Part shown: positions 25,564-35,166 of the stretch, in pieces
How positions within the stretch are numbered: position 1 is the stretch's first letter
Layout of the letters: every line of letters starts with the position of its first letter
From: a virus
Reading direction: 5' to 3' (one strand)
Virus record (IMG/VR): IMGVR_UViG_3300027784_000001
Location: 1-48,670 of that record
Length of the DNA stretch: 48,670 bases
Translations under genes and position numbers: made by a program
Notes under the pieces: model-generated
The model's database searches: none
Seen by the model: only the letters and a program-made list of their open reading frames with translations
Told to the model about the DNA's origin: nothing

Positions 25564-25895
25564 CGGCAATGTGACGCGGGGGGTGTCACGGCGGCTCGCC
25601 CGCCTATAGCCTCGGCTAAGCGATCTGACCGGGCTAGATGTGACGGCGTGACGGGGTGGCCCTATTACTATATATATATAATATGCTTTTTTCTTAAATT
25701 CTGTACAGATTGAAATTCCTACTAACTTATAGAAGGGGTGTCACAAATGGGGGAACAAAGCCGAGATCCGAGGCTATAGCTGGCCGATACGGTGTGACGG
25801 CCCCCCTGTCACAAGGGTGTCACAAGGCCCGGTAGCCGTCACAAAACGCCGATTCCTCAACGATTCCAGGCACTTAGCCCCGTCACAAGCCCCCC
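25538..25895. repeat. Iteron module B: second copy of the GTGACGG/CCGTCAC + (TA)n core module (core 25660-25735)
   Basis: Forward copies at 25540, 25549, 25559, 25570 (spacing 9/10/11, as in A), 25639, 25648 and 25793. Inverted copies at 25584, 25739, 25807, 25818, 25836 and 25880. Confidence 0.85.
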
Positions 25896-26002
25896 TCGGC
25901 GCACGGCTATTCGGCCATATAGGGGCTTTATCCTCGCCATACGACGAAAACAACGGGAGCTTGGCGCGCTTGGCGCGAGGGCAAGGGGGGCCGACCCTTC
26001 AC

Positions 26003-26030
26003 TTGACATTCAGCCTGCTTTTGCTATAAT
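26003..26030 (+). promoter_or_regulatory. Near-consensus sigma70 promoter for the replication module: TTGACA-N16-TGcTATAAT
   Basis: -35 TTGACA at 26003-26008. Extended -10 TG at 26022-26023, and TATAAT at 26025-26030. It lies 57 nt upstream of the ATG at 26087. Confidence 0.7.
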
Positions 26031-26086
26031 CTCCCATAGCATGCACGGCCCGCTGTGGGCCCTATTTACCAGTAAAAGGAGTTTAT

Positions 26087-26671
26087 ATGTGGCAAGTGTT
26101 GACCGCCCTATCGGAATTGAAAGTGGGGTCCCTGAACGTCGTCTGGGATGCGCAGGAAGAAGAAGTAACCCCCATCCGCGCCCGTAACGGCTCGCCCCGC
26201 GGGGTTGGCGCACGCTACACGGCGAGGTGGGTAGATACAGGCGAAGGCGAGTTTTATGGGCCTCCCCACTACACGCTGTCTTGGGCAGAGCGCATGGCCC
26301 GCTGCATCTTCGGCACCGAAGACTACGCCACGCCGGAAGACGCCCCCGCAGACTTCAGCTACGTGGTCCGCATCGAAGACGAGTACCGCCTCTCCATCGG
26401 CACTGTCATGGGCAGACGTAACACCGCGCTTCTCAACCGTTTGACCATCTCCGCTCTGAACACCAACCGCGACGGCATCCAAGCGGAGGGGCTGGACCTC
26501 AACTTGACACTGCGCTACGACCGTGGTAGCTACCGTTCTCTGGTGGCCACCTTCCTCGGCGCGCTGGAGCCGCTGCTGATGCGGCGCAACGTAGAGGGAT
26601 TCGCCCCCGCACCGCCGCCCTTCGGCATGGCGCGACGCAACATTGACAAGTACTTTTATCTTAAAGGCTAA
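26087..26671 (+). CDS. Hypothetical protein, first gene after the consensus promoter
   Basis: 194-aa ORF with an AAAGGAG RBS. Confidence 0.65.
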   Translation: MWQVLTALSELKVGSLNVVWDAQEEEVTPIRARNGSPRGVGARYTARWVDTGEGEFYGPPHYTLSWAERMARCIFGTEDYATPEDAPADFSYVVRIEDEYRLSIGTVMGRRNTALLNRLTISALNTNRDGIQAEGLDLNLTLRYDRGSYRSLVATFLGALEPLLMRRNVEGFAPAPPPFGMARRNIDKYFYLKG

Positions 26672-26673
26672 AA

Positions 26674-26850
26674 ATGGAATACGCATTCTACGCATATATC
26701 GCTACTTCGCTGTCCATCTTCATCTGCTGCATCGACAATATGGATGACCTGCCCATCGCCTTTATCATGCTCCTGTTCTGGCCCGTGATAATCAATGCCA
26801 TGGCCCTCGCTACCGCGGCCAACTCGCTCCTCCCCGATAGCTGGGAATAA
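26674..26850 (+). CDS. Small membrane protein (58 aa, two predicted TM helices); below the ORF-track cutoff
   Basis: Hand translation gives MEYAFYAYIATSLSIFICCIDNMDDLPIAFIMLLFWPVIINAMALATAANSLLPDSWE. It fills the gap between two genes. Confidence 0.5.
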   Translation: MEYAFYAYIATSLSIFICCIDNMDDLPIAFIMLLFWPVIINAMALATAANSLLPDSWE

Positions 26851-26883
26851 TCTCCTCCCCTCTGCCTAAGTAAAAGGATAGTA

Positions 26884-27900
26884 ATGATTAGTAGACGGAA
26901 AGATAGTTACGAAGGTTCGCACGCCCAACACCTTACCAGTATCGGCCCGCTTGAGTGGTACTTGCCGGAGGATTTAGTGGAGGATATTTCCGGCCCCACT
27001 TCCGACCTCTTCATGGTCCTCGACGATTGCGGCCAGTTCTACTTGACTGGGGGCTACGGCCTCACGCGCTTTGCTGAGGGAGATTATACCGCCCCCGCTG
27101 CTGCCCGGTTCCCCCGCATGCCGTATGGCTGCCTGCCGCCCATCCAAGACAGCGTGTTTGAAGTGCTGCGTAAGTTCTTCAGCTCCCTCGCCTCTGCCAG
27201 CGCCTCCCGCACCCGCCCCCGTGTACGCTTTAGGCGGGACGCGTACACCTTCCGCGTGGACCTCGACGTGGAAGGGGCGACCCCGGATGTCCGCATCTTC
27301 AATGTCCTCCCGGCTATGGTGCCGGACCACATTCCTGTGGGCATCACTATCTCCTCCTCCGACAAGTGCCCGAGCTTTGAGCTCGACTTAGATTACTCCT
27401 ATGGCGGCAAGCCTCCCGAGCTCCCGGCCACGGAGCTGGGCTCCAGACCCCGTAAGCTCGTCGCTGCCGAGTACATACTATCGGAGTTTCTCCGTGCTCT
27501 ATCCCTGCTTGGCATGCCCGCGGCCTACCTCGAAGGCTGGCGCTCCAACTTGTCCCACTTCGCCACTTGGGCAACGCGCCGCTACGCCTCTACTGCAAGC
27601 TTATATATGGACCCGCTCCGGAGCGGCTTATTCCTCTCCGCCGACGATTCCCCCGCCGATACCTGCTGGCACCCGCTTGGCGGCGATGGCGAGCTCCCCG
27701 ATTCCCCTTACTATCTGGTCTGGCACCATGAGGCCGGAAAAGGGCTTACCCTCCCTTCCATGCGCACGGGTGCGGACCTCAAAGCTATGGTAGCTGGCGA
27801 GCCCACCGAGCGGGGCCACGTCATTCCGTATAGTGTTGGGTATGCGTTCCCGCTCTTCCCCTGTGTGCAGTACCTCGTGACCCCGCAGTCCAATCAGTAA
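26884..27900 (+). CDS. Hypothetical protein (338 aa)
   Basis: Long ORF with an AAAGGA box upstream. No recognisable motifs. Confidence 0.65.
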   Translation: MISRRKDSYEGSHAQHLTSIGPLEWYLPEDLVEDISGPTSDLFMVLDDCGQFYLTGGYGLTRFAEGDYTAPAAARFPRMPYGCLPPIQDSVFEVLRKFFSSLASASASRTRPRVRFRRDAYTFRVDLDVEGATPDVRIFNVLPAMVPDHIPVGITISSSDKCPSFELDLDYSYGGKPPELPATELGSRPRKLVAAEYILSEFLRALSLLGMPAAYLEGWRSNLSHFATWATRRYASTASLYMDPLRSGLFLSADDSPADTCWHPLGGDGELPDSPYYLVWHHEAGKGLTLPSMRTGADLKAMVAGEPTERGHVIPYSVGYAFPLFPCVQYLVTPQSNQ

Positions 27901-27926
27901 CTCTGTATTTCACCAAAGGCGTAAAG

Positions 27927-30314
27927 ATGAATGTTACTCTATTTAATCGGCTAAACGTTCCGGGCTGGTCCGGCCAAGGCCGCTGCACGACCCCCCGTGC
28001 TCCTGTCATGACACTCGAAGAGGCACTGGCCAAGCAGAGCCGCGGCGCGCTCCTCATCTGCGGGTATGCCCCGCTAGACGAAGACAAGGCCCAGTGCCCC
28101 CGCCTCCTTAAGTCCTCTATCGCCCGCTTTGGGGCCTCGCGCTATGCCTACACTGCGGTGCTTGTTGATATTGATTACGAAGACCACGAAGTCCCCCCGG
28201 ACAACTGGCACAAAGGGGTGCTGGGCAAGGTCGCCAGTACCGACTTGCCGGCGCCGGCGTGGTACCGCACGCCCCACGGCATGCGGCTGGTATGGCAGCT
28301 CGAAGCTGCTATCCCCCTCAAGTTCGCCGATAGCGCCAATGCTATGGTCCACCGTAAGCTCAATGCTGCGGGCATCGCTACGGATACGGGCACCACGGAC
28401 TGGACGCGGATGTTTTACGGCCCGTTCGCCCGCGGCAGGGACCTGCCCCACGGCAGGCTTGACGACGTGCCGGAGCTGGCCATCGACCCTGCAAACCACG
28501 AGGAGGCCAAGCCCAAGTCCCTCGGCGAGACCACGGCCCGCGACCGGCCTGCCGACCTCTCTGAGACGGTCAAAAGGGCGGAGTTGCAGCCGGTCAAGAG
28601 CGTGAACAAACAGCTGGCCGACGACCTCTACCGGGGCGCGCTGGGAGCGCCTGTGGGCAAGCGGCATGCCACACTGCTTAAGGTGGCTCTAGAGCTCTCC
28701 TTTATCTACGAGAGCGCGGACCCACTAAAGCCCTACCGCCTCCTGTACAACTCTTGCGTCCAGATGGGCAAAGACCCCGCGGAGCTCTGGCGGATATGCG
28801 AATGGTCGGCAGCTGCCTTTGCTGGCCACCTAGAGGAGACTGAGGAGGACCGTAAGAGGGCCATGAAACAGGCCCGAGAGGCGTTGGACTGCGACGGCGA
28901 AGAGATTGAGCAGCAGCTCGTGCTAATGCAGAGCCCCGAATACTACGTCTGGGATTCCACGGAGCGGACTTACTCGCACGCATACACCGACAAGGCCCAG
29001 ATACTAGCGGCCCTCAAGCGCCACTGCCCGATGCTGGCCATGGACCCCATCTGGGAGGCCATGCAGAACCGGATTATCCTCCGAGACTACTCCAGCCCGC
29101 TCCGTCGGGTTATCTACTCCTACAACGCGGACTCTGCCCACTATGATAAGGACTACCAAGAGCTCCTTATGCCCACGGCCAAGCAAGACCCGGAGCTCAT
29201 CCCTACCTACCACGAAGACGTAGCGGGCTGGCTATCTGCGCTCTTCGGGCCGCACGAGCAGCGGGGCCTCAACTGGCTTGCGGCTTATCCCCGCCTAGAC
29301 CGTCCGGTCTGTGCCTTGTATGTCAACGGGCCCAACTCCATCGGAAAGGGGCTCTTGGCCGTTGGCCTAGCCCGGCTCCACTCTCGCCATGGGGAGTTCA
29401 CAAAGTACGGCGAGATCGTCAACCAGTTCCAGTCTAGCTTCGCCCACTGCCCGCTGGTTGTGGCCGACGAGAAGGTCCCTACTGACGCCTTCACTAAGAA
29501 CGACTCTTCGCTCTTCCGCCAGTTGGTAGGTAACGGCACGCACTCTGTCAACGAAAAGAACCGCTCCGAGTATACTGTACTCGGGTACCCACGGGTACTC
29601 ATCACTGCGAATAACGAGGATGCGCTTGCCATCCGCGAGGACCTCAACTCGGAAGACCTAGAGGCGATTAAACGCCGTGTTGGTTATATCGATAGAGGAG
29701 CGGATAACGCCGCCGAAGAGTACCTTGTTGAGATGACTGCCGACCGCGGATTTGAGAATACCCACGACTTGACAGAGAGTTGGGCGGATGGTAGAATCGC
29801 GGAGCACGTCCTGTGGCTCGAAGAGAACCACGAGTACAAGGCCGACCAAAGGTTTTTAGTGGAAGGCTGGAGCTCGGACTTTACGGAGAGCTTAGTCACT
29901 AATGTCGGCAGAGCCGGCGAGATAGCTGAGACGGTTATTATGGCAGTCGCACAAGACTACAATTGCCCCGGTATCCGGTGGTTTGATGGCAAGCTGTTCG
30001 TTAATGCCAACGGCCTGATTAGTAACTGGAGCAATATCCGTAATAACGACTTCGATAAGCCGCCCAGCCCGCATAGCCGCACCAAGGCCCTGCGCTCGCT
30101 GGCGAACAACTCCAAGAAGCGGCTCCGGCGGCAGGGCTCGATGAAACGCTACTGGGAGATTGACGCGACGGTGCTGGCCCGCCTCGCTGATAGCCAGAAC
30201 ATCATGGACCCCGATAGCCTGATAGCGGCCACGTCCCGAAGCAAGGACAAAGATAAAGAGCACAGCAACGGCGGTAACGCCGGTACTTCTAACAAGATAG
30301 TGGAGATGGGATGA
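27927..30314 (+). CDS. Bifunctional primase-polymerase / D5-like (SF3) helicase
   Basis: N-terminal prim-pol-like VLVDIDYEDHE and TPHGMRLVW. Central P-loop NGPNSIGKG and Walker B LVVADEK. 795 aa. Confidence 0.65.
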   Translation: MNVTLFNRLNVPGWSGQGRCTTPRAPVMTLEEALAKQSRGALLICGYAPLDEDKAQCPRLLKSSIARFGASRYAYTAVLVDIDYEDHEVPPDNWHKGVLGKVASTDLPAPAWYRTPHGMRLVWQLEAAIPLKFADSANAMVHRKLNAAGIATDTGTTDWTRMFYGPFARGRDLPHGRLDDVPELAIDPANHEEAKPKSLGETTARDRPADLSETVKRAELQPVKSVNKQLADDLYRGALGAPVGKRHATLLKVALELSFIYESADPLKPYRLLYNSCVQMGKDPAELWRICEWSAAAFAGHLEETEEDRKRAMKQAREALDCDGEEIEQQLVLMQSPEYYVWDSTERTYSHAYTDKAQILAALKRHCPMLAMDPIWEAMQNRIILRDYSSPLRRVIYSYNADSAHYDKDYQELLMPTAKQDPELIPTYHEDVAGWLSALFGPHEQRGLNWLAAYPRLDRPVCALYVNGPNSIGKGLLAVGLARLHSRHGEFTKYGEIVNQFQSSFAHCPLVVADEKVPTDAFTKNDSSLFRQLVGNGTHSVNEKNRSEYTVLGYPRVLITANNEDALAIREDLNSEDLEAIKRRVGYIDRGADNAAEEYLVEMTADRGFENTHDLTESWADGRIAEHVLWLEENHEYKADQRFLVEGWSSDFTESLVTNVGRAGEIAETVIMAVAQDYNCPGIRWFDGKLFVNANGLISNWSNIRNNDFDKPPSPHSRTKALRSLANNSKKRLRRQGSMKRYWEIDATVLARLADSQNIMDPDSLIAATSRSKDKDKEHSNGGNAGTSNKIVEMG

Positions 30315-31579
30315 GTGATAGTAAAGAAGAGTTCGACCCGAAAGAATTGTGGATTTCTTCCACGGCGATTAGCCGCCGGATAGACTGCGACCGTAAATTC
30401 CGGTATGACCTTGACCACGGCATCAATATCGGCAGCGACCACTCCCGATGGGGGAACCTGTACCACGATGCTATGCAGGCTTACGTGCACTTCGATATGG
30501 ATAGCATGGAGGGCTTAGAGGCCGCCATGGCCGAGGTCCCTACGGGGGACTACGGCGAGAATGAGCTCCCCCACGAGGCATTCTATGAGGACGCCCTGCT
30601 GGGCGACGACGAAGAGCCCGGCACCCGGCTTATGTGGCCCGACGTGAAGCGCCGAGTAGAGGACACCATCGGCTCGGAGCACTTCCAGACAATCATCCGC
30701 GAGTATTCGCCTGTGGCAGAGAAGAACGTCTACGACTGGAAGGTCCCTCTGGGCGACCACGGCACCGTCGGCCACGGCCATATTGACCTCTTCCATACGC
30801 GCGAAGACGGCACGCCTGTTGTGTCTGACTACAAGACCCGCGGCTCGCTGGGCTACGCCCCCCGCACCGCGGAGGATTTCAAGAAGTTCCCCCAGACCGC
30901 CTACTATGCCTCGCTTGTCTACGCGCATGCCAAGGCCACCGGGGAGTGGGAACCCGCTAAGGGCGTAGTCGTCGCGCATATCAACGTGGTGCGCGATTCC
31001 ACGGGCTACCCGCCGACCATCTATAGCCACCACTATAGCCCGGCCTACTTGGAGTCGTGCCTCAACTACTTCAACATGTTCGTGAATGATGCCATCGAAG
31101 ATGCCCGCAAGGCGCCCGAAGACGTGGAGCCAAACCGGGCTTCGTGCTACAAGTATGGGAAGCCGTGCCCGTACTATGATAACTGCCCCGCCTATAATCC
31201 CCACGGCTACACGGGGCTTAAGTTCCTCATCTGGCATAATCAGCAGAATGCAGATAAAATTAAATTCGAGAAAGGTGAAGAGATGAATCCAAATAGCCCG
31301 CAGTGCGGCGATAGAGTCCTCCCTACTCCCATCCCCGAAAAAGAGATTGACGTGCTCGATGGCGTCACTCCCCGGCCCAAAAGCAAGCTCCACGGAGTCG
31401 AGGTCTATACCCTCGCGCAGCTTGTGGCCTATATTATGGAGCACGGAGGCCTAGACCACCTCAGCTACGTGGGCAAGGTGACTGAGGGTAAGATTGCCGC
31501 TTCGCTGGCTGAGTACTGGGTTTCGTTTGAGGACGCCACTGCGGAAGAAATGGAGGTGCTAAATGAGCTCGCCACCTGA
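30311..31579 (+). CDS. PD-(D/E)XK nuclease of the Cas4/RecB type with Fe-S cluster cysteines, plus a C-terminal extension
   Basis: N-terminal Cys (RIDCDRKF), catalytic HIDLF...VVSDYKT, and C-terminal CYKYGKPCPYYDNC. Confidence 0.7.
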   Translation: MSDSKEEFDPKELWISSTAISRRIDCDRKFRYDLDHGINIGSDHSRWGNLYHDAMQAYVHFDMDSMEGLEAAMAEVPTGDYGENELPHEAFYEDALLGDDEEPGTRLMWPDVKRRVEDTIGSEHFQTIIREYSPVAEKNVYDWKVPLGDHGTVGHGHIDLFHTREDGTPVVSDYKTRGSLGYAPRTAEDFKKFPQTAYYASLVYAHAKATGEWEPAKGVVVAHINVVRDSTGYPPTIYSHHYSPAYLESCLNYFNMFVNDAIEDARKAPEDVEPNRASCYKYGKPCPYYDNCPAYNPHGYTGLKFLIWHNQQNADKIKFEKGEEMNPNSPQCGDRVLPTPIPEKEIDVLDGVTPRPKSKLHGVEVYTLAQLVAYIMEHGGLDHLSYVGKVTEGKIAASLAEYWVSFEDATAEEMEVLNELAT

Positions 31580-32423
31580 GATTGACCTGACGAAGGACTA
31601 CGAGCCGCTAGAGGCTGCCGAGTGCGACCGCCTTGTGGTTGCATACCAGCAGGGCGATAAGGAGGCGGGGCGGCGTGTTGTGCTCTCCATCATCCCCTTC
31701 CTACTGGGCAGCTCGCCGCAGGCGGGTGCCGGCGGGGGGACCTACTTCAAGGGCCACGAAGACTGGATACCGTTCGGCGTTATCCAAGCGTATAAGGCGA
31801 TGGATACCTACAAGCCCGAGGGGGGCCGTACCTTCCTGAGCTGGCTCCGGTACTACATTTCCGGCTACCGCAGGTATAAGCGCTACGACCGCTACGGAAT
31901 GCGGTTTAGCAGCTCTGCCAGAGTCCGCAAGGTACTGAGCCGATGGCACGAGCTCAAAGACTACAGCACCGAGGAGCTCTGCGACTGGTTAATCGAAGAC
32001 GGGATGGACCCTAAGATAGCCCGCACTTGCGCCATATCTCTCCACCCGCGCCGCCCGTCTCCGATGGATGATGAGGCGTTCCGCGGCGTGCCTTGCGGAG
32101 GCAGCCCGGCGCAGGCTCTATGGGCCCGCGACGTGGCCATGGAGGTGGCGTCTCCCCCTGCCCAACAAGCCAGCGTAGATAGCGCTCGCGATGAGCTCAT
32201 GGCAATCATTGGCCCCGCCCTAAAGGAGCTCACCGAGGAGAACCGCGTCATCTTTGAGCTGCACTATCTCCACGAGGTGCCGGCAGTTAAGATAGCCGAT
32301 GACCGCGGCCTGAGCCGGCAAGCTATCTCTCTACGCTACCGGAAAGTGTGCAGGCATATAGCCGACCACGTAGCCGAAGAGTACGGTGAGGATGCAAGGG
32401 AGCGTGTACTTGAGGTTATTTGA
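31563..32423 (+). CDS. Phage-encoded sigma-70 family sigma factor (group 3/4-like)
   Basis: Region 2-like FGVIQAYKAMDTYKPEGGRTFLSWLRYYISGY. Region 4 HTH LTEENRVIFELHYLHEVPAVKIADDRGLSRQAISLRYRK. Confidence 0.7.
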   Translation: MSSPPEIDLTKDYEPLEAAECDRLVVAYQQGDKEAGRRVVLSIIPFLLGSSPQAGAGGGTYFKGHEDWIPFGVIQAYKAMDTYKPEGGRTFLSWLRYYISGYRRYKRYDRYGMRFSSSARVRKVLSRWHELKDYSTEELCDWLIEDGMDPKIARTCAISLHPRRPSPMDDEAFRGVPCGGSPAQALWARDVAMEVASPPAQQASVDSARDELMAIIGPALKELTEENRVIFELHYLHEVPAVKIADDRGLSRQAISLRYRKVCRHIADHVAEEYGEDARERVLEVI

Positions 32424-33984
32424 TATTCAACAGGCGGCCCTGTCGACGCTCGAAGAGCACGGCAAGGGCTTCTTCTCTATCGGCGTCGGCGGGGGCAAAA
32501 CGCTCCTCACGATGCTGGCCCACCAAGCCCTATCCGTTCACCCGGACGACGTGCTGGCGCTAACCAAGGCCAAGCTCGTCAAGGAGGCTGATAACGAGTA
32601 CAATAAATTCAAAGACAAGCTTGACTTAAAGCCGACAGACTATAAGTCTTACAGTTGGATAAGCCGTAACGAGCGGTACTTTTGGGAAAAGGAGCCCAAA
32701 GTTATTGTGGCCGATGAGTGCCACATGCTCGCTAACAAGTCCAGCAATCGCACCGCTTATTTCATCACGTACATGCGGGAGAACCCCGACTGCGTGTTTA
32801 TCCCCATGAGCGGGACGCTAACTGGCAAGTCAATCTTGGAGTATGCCCACTTGCTGAAATTCGCCCTCCGCGACGATATGCCCCTGCCTGACCCGTTCAG
32901 TGATTTCGGCTGGTCGCGTTTGCAGTCGATGTCGCGAGTCATAGATAGCAGGCCGCAGGCACCGCCCACTGCACAGGATTATCGCACCACCGCTTGGGAG
33001 CTCAACAAAGATGAAAGCGAGACTTATTATGAAGCGTACCATCGTGTACTGGCGTCGGCGCCGGGGGTACTCTTACAAGAGGGTACGGCTTTCGATGGCC
33101 CCATCGGAGTGGGCCAGTACTACTACGAGCTACCCGATGAGCTGGCCGAAGCTATAACCAAGATTAAGGAGGACGCGCAACTGCCTGACGATGCATACGT
33201 GACCAGCGAAACAGACGCCGCCAACAAAGTTAAGCAGCTCCCTATCGGCTTCTACTATCAGCGGATATATGAGGAATGCCATACCGCGGCTTGGCGCCGT
33301 GCCCGCCGCGAGCGAGATGAGCTCATCACAGAGCAATACCGCTCGGAGAAGCGCAAGAAGTTTGGCCGCCTCACCGATGCTCGGATAATGAACGCCTTCC
33401 GCTCTGGCGAATACAGCGACCCGCGCTGGGATAGGTGGGAGCCCTTTGCGGACGTGCCGGAGCCGGATGTCGAGACAATAGTAGTTGACACTAATCCGAT
33501 TTATTGTACCCTACGATTCTGCGAGGCCCTGTCAAGGGAGACCGGGGAGAATATACTGTTGTGGTACCGCTCGCGGGCAATCCGGGATTTTCTACAATCG
33601 GAGCTTGCATGGGAGCCCGAGGCGTGTTATATTGCTGTCCCCGGACGGGGAGATGCACCGCCCCGAGGTGCCGACCTCGGAGACAAGCCCACAGTAGCAG
33701 CCGTTAGTCTGAGTAGCCACGGCACCGGGCTTAATCTGCAAGACTACTCAATCAATGTGTTCCTACAGCCGCCGACGGGTGGGAGATTGTGGGAGCAAGT
33801 ACTAGGCCGGACGCACAGGCCGGGCCAAGAGGAGGAGGTGAGAGCTTATGTAAATAGCACTACAAGGGTGCTCGCACGCTGCCTAGATAAAGGGAAGCGT
33901 GACGCGGAGTACGTCAAGAAGACAATCAAGAGTGAACAGAAGCTAGTACTGGCAGATAACCTAGAAGATAAGGCAGCGAAATGA
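32386..33984 (+). CDS. SNF2/DEAD-like superfamily 2 helicase
   Basis: Walker A GVGGGKT, DEAH-like VADECH, motif VI QVLGRTHRPGQ. Start uncertain: GTG 32386, ATG 32392, or TTG 32410 with a GGGAG RBS. Confidence 0.75.
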   Translation: MRMQGSVYLRLFDIQQAALSTLEEHGKGFFSIGVGGGKTLLTMLAHQALSVHPDDVLALTKAKLVKEADNEYNKFKDKLDLKPTDYKSYSWISRNERYFWEKEPKVIVADECHMLANKSSNRTAYFITYMRENPDCVFIPMSGTLTGKSILEYAHLLKFALRDDMPLPDPFSDFGWSRLQSMSRVIDSRPQAPPTAQDYRTTAWELNKDESETYYEAYHRVLASAPGVLLQEGTAFDGPIGVGQYYYELPDELAEAITKIKEDAQLPDDAYVTSETDAANKVKQLPIGFYYQRIYEECHTAAWRRARRERDELITEQYRSEKRKKFGRLTDARIMNAFRSGEYSDPRWDRWEPFADVPEPDVETIVVDTNPIYCTLRFCEALSRETGENILLWYRSRAIRDFLQSELAWEPEACYIAVPGRGDAPPRGADLGDKPTVAAVSLSSHGTGLNLQDYSINVFLQPPTGGRLWEQVLGRTHRPGQEEEVRAYVNSTTRVLARCLDKGKRDAEYVKKTIKSEQKLVLADNLEDKAAK

Positions 33985-34487
33985 AAGCACTGGACGCATA
34001 TTTTGGAGATGACCTCGCCGATGATGATGGTAATAGTGCCGCAGAGCAGGGCGTAAAACTCCGCCTGAATGGCCGCCCGGACGACCCGGAGCTCGACTTT
34101 ATCGGGGAGTTCAAGGGCTTCTCGACCAACATCCGTGAGGACAAGGGCGAGGCCACCGACGGCGAGGAGTATTACCTCTTCCATATCGAAGTGGTCGACG
34201 CGAAGGGTACGCAGCTGTTGGAGGGCAAGGAGTACACGGCCTACTTCGACGGCGATACGAAGACCCGTAAGCCTGCTGCCCAGCGGCAGGAGACAAAGAA
34301 CATGCTCCGCCTCATTGCTGAGGTTGCGGGCAAGAGCCTTGAGTGGATGCACCACACCGACGAAGGCCAGCAGTTCGTCCTCGACTTCGCAGAGTCCGGC
34401 GGCGCCGACTGGGCCGGCACGGAGTACAACTTCTACCACGAAGTCCAGAAGGGCGGCTGGAAGAAGATGCGAGCTAAGAGCGCCTAA
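33981..34487 (+). CDS. Hypothetical protein (168 aa)
   Basis: ORF with ATGA overlap to the helicase gene. Confidence 0.6.
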   Translation: MKALDAYFGDDLADDDGNSAAEQGVKLRLNGRPDDPELDFIGEFKGFSTNIREDKGEATDGEEYYLFHIEVVDAKGTQLLEGKEYTAYFDGDTKTRKPAAQRQETKNMLRLIAEVAGKSLEWMHHTDEGQQFVLDFAESGGADWAGTEYNFYHEVQKGGWKKMRAKSA

Positions 34488-34504
34488 GCAGATAGGCGTA
34501 GCAC

Positions 34505-34522
34505 GGGGGCCGCAAGGCCCCT
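34505..34522 (+). terminator. GC hairpin with a GCAA tetraloop (GGGGCC-gcaa-GGCCCC), no U-tract
   Basis: Stem 34506-34511/34516-34521. Intergenic. Confidence 0.3.
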
Positions 34523-34561
34523 CCCGACCATTCCATACAATACCGAAATAAAGGTAAGTAA

Positions 34562-35071
34562 ATGAGCGACCAAGCGCAAGAAGATGTCAAATTCAACTTC
34601 CTCCTCATCAGCGATTCCAACGCCGACCCGGAAGACTATATCGGCCGCGATGTTGTCGTCACCGGCGAGGATGATACCCGGAACATCAATAACGTCTACG
34701 CCCCGCCCGCGTTCGCGGCTACGAGGCTCATCGCCGACGCCGATAGGCGTATCCACTGCGAAGACTTTGTTTTCAGCGATTGCGGTGAGGATGTTACCCT
34801 CCTTCTCGGGGCCATCCGCGAGGCCGCTACGGAGATGGAAGACAAAATTGTCGGCCTCATTCTGGACACCTGCGAGCCGTCCTTGTTCGCCCACTTCCAT
34901 ATGCTGGCGTCCGCGCTTGATATTGTGGTCGTGTACGGCCCGCCCAATCACCTCACCTCGATGCCGATTTACCGCACCCAAGAGGAGGCCCTCTCCGGCT
35001 TTGAGGAGGCCCTCGGAATCGACGGTGAGATGAGCGGTGTCCTGTCCGAGCTTGCCGGCATGCTCAACTGA
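34562..35071 (+). CDS. Hypothetical acidic protein (169 aa)
   Basis: ORF preceded by an AAAGG box. Confidence 0.6.
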   Translation: MSDQAQEDVKFNFLLISDSNADPEDYIGRDVVVTGEDDTRNINNVYAPPAFAATRLIADADRRIHCEDFVFSDCGEDVTLLLGAIREAATEMEDKIVGLILDTCEPSLFAHFHMLASALDIVVVYGPPNHLTSMPIYRTQEEALSGFEEALGIDGEMSGVLSELAGMLN

Positions 35072-35166
35072 TTACCCGGCCTAACGCCCCGCAGGGGGCT
35101 ATGGCCTTGCTGGTAGCGGCGTGCCCAGATAGTTTTTCTTCCCTTTTCTCTATCGACTGCACGCTC

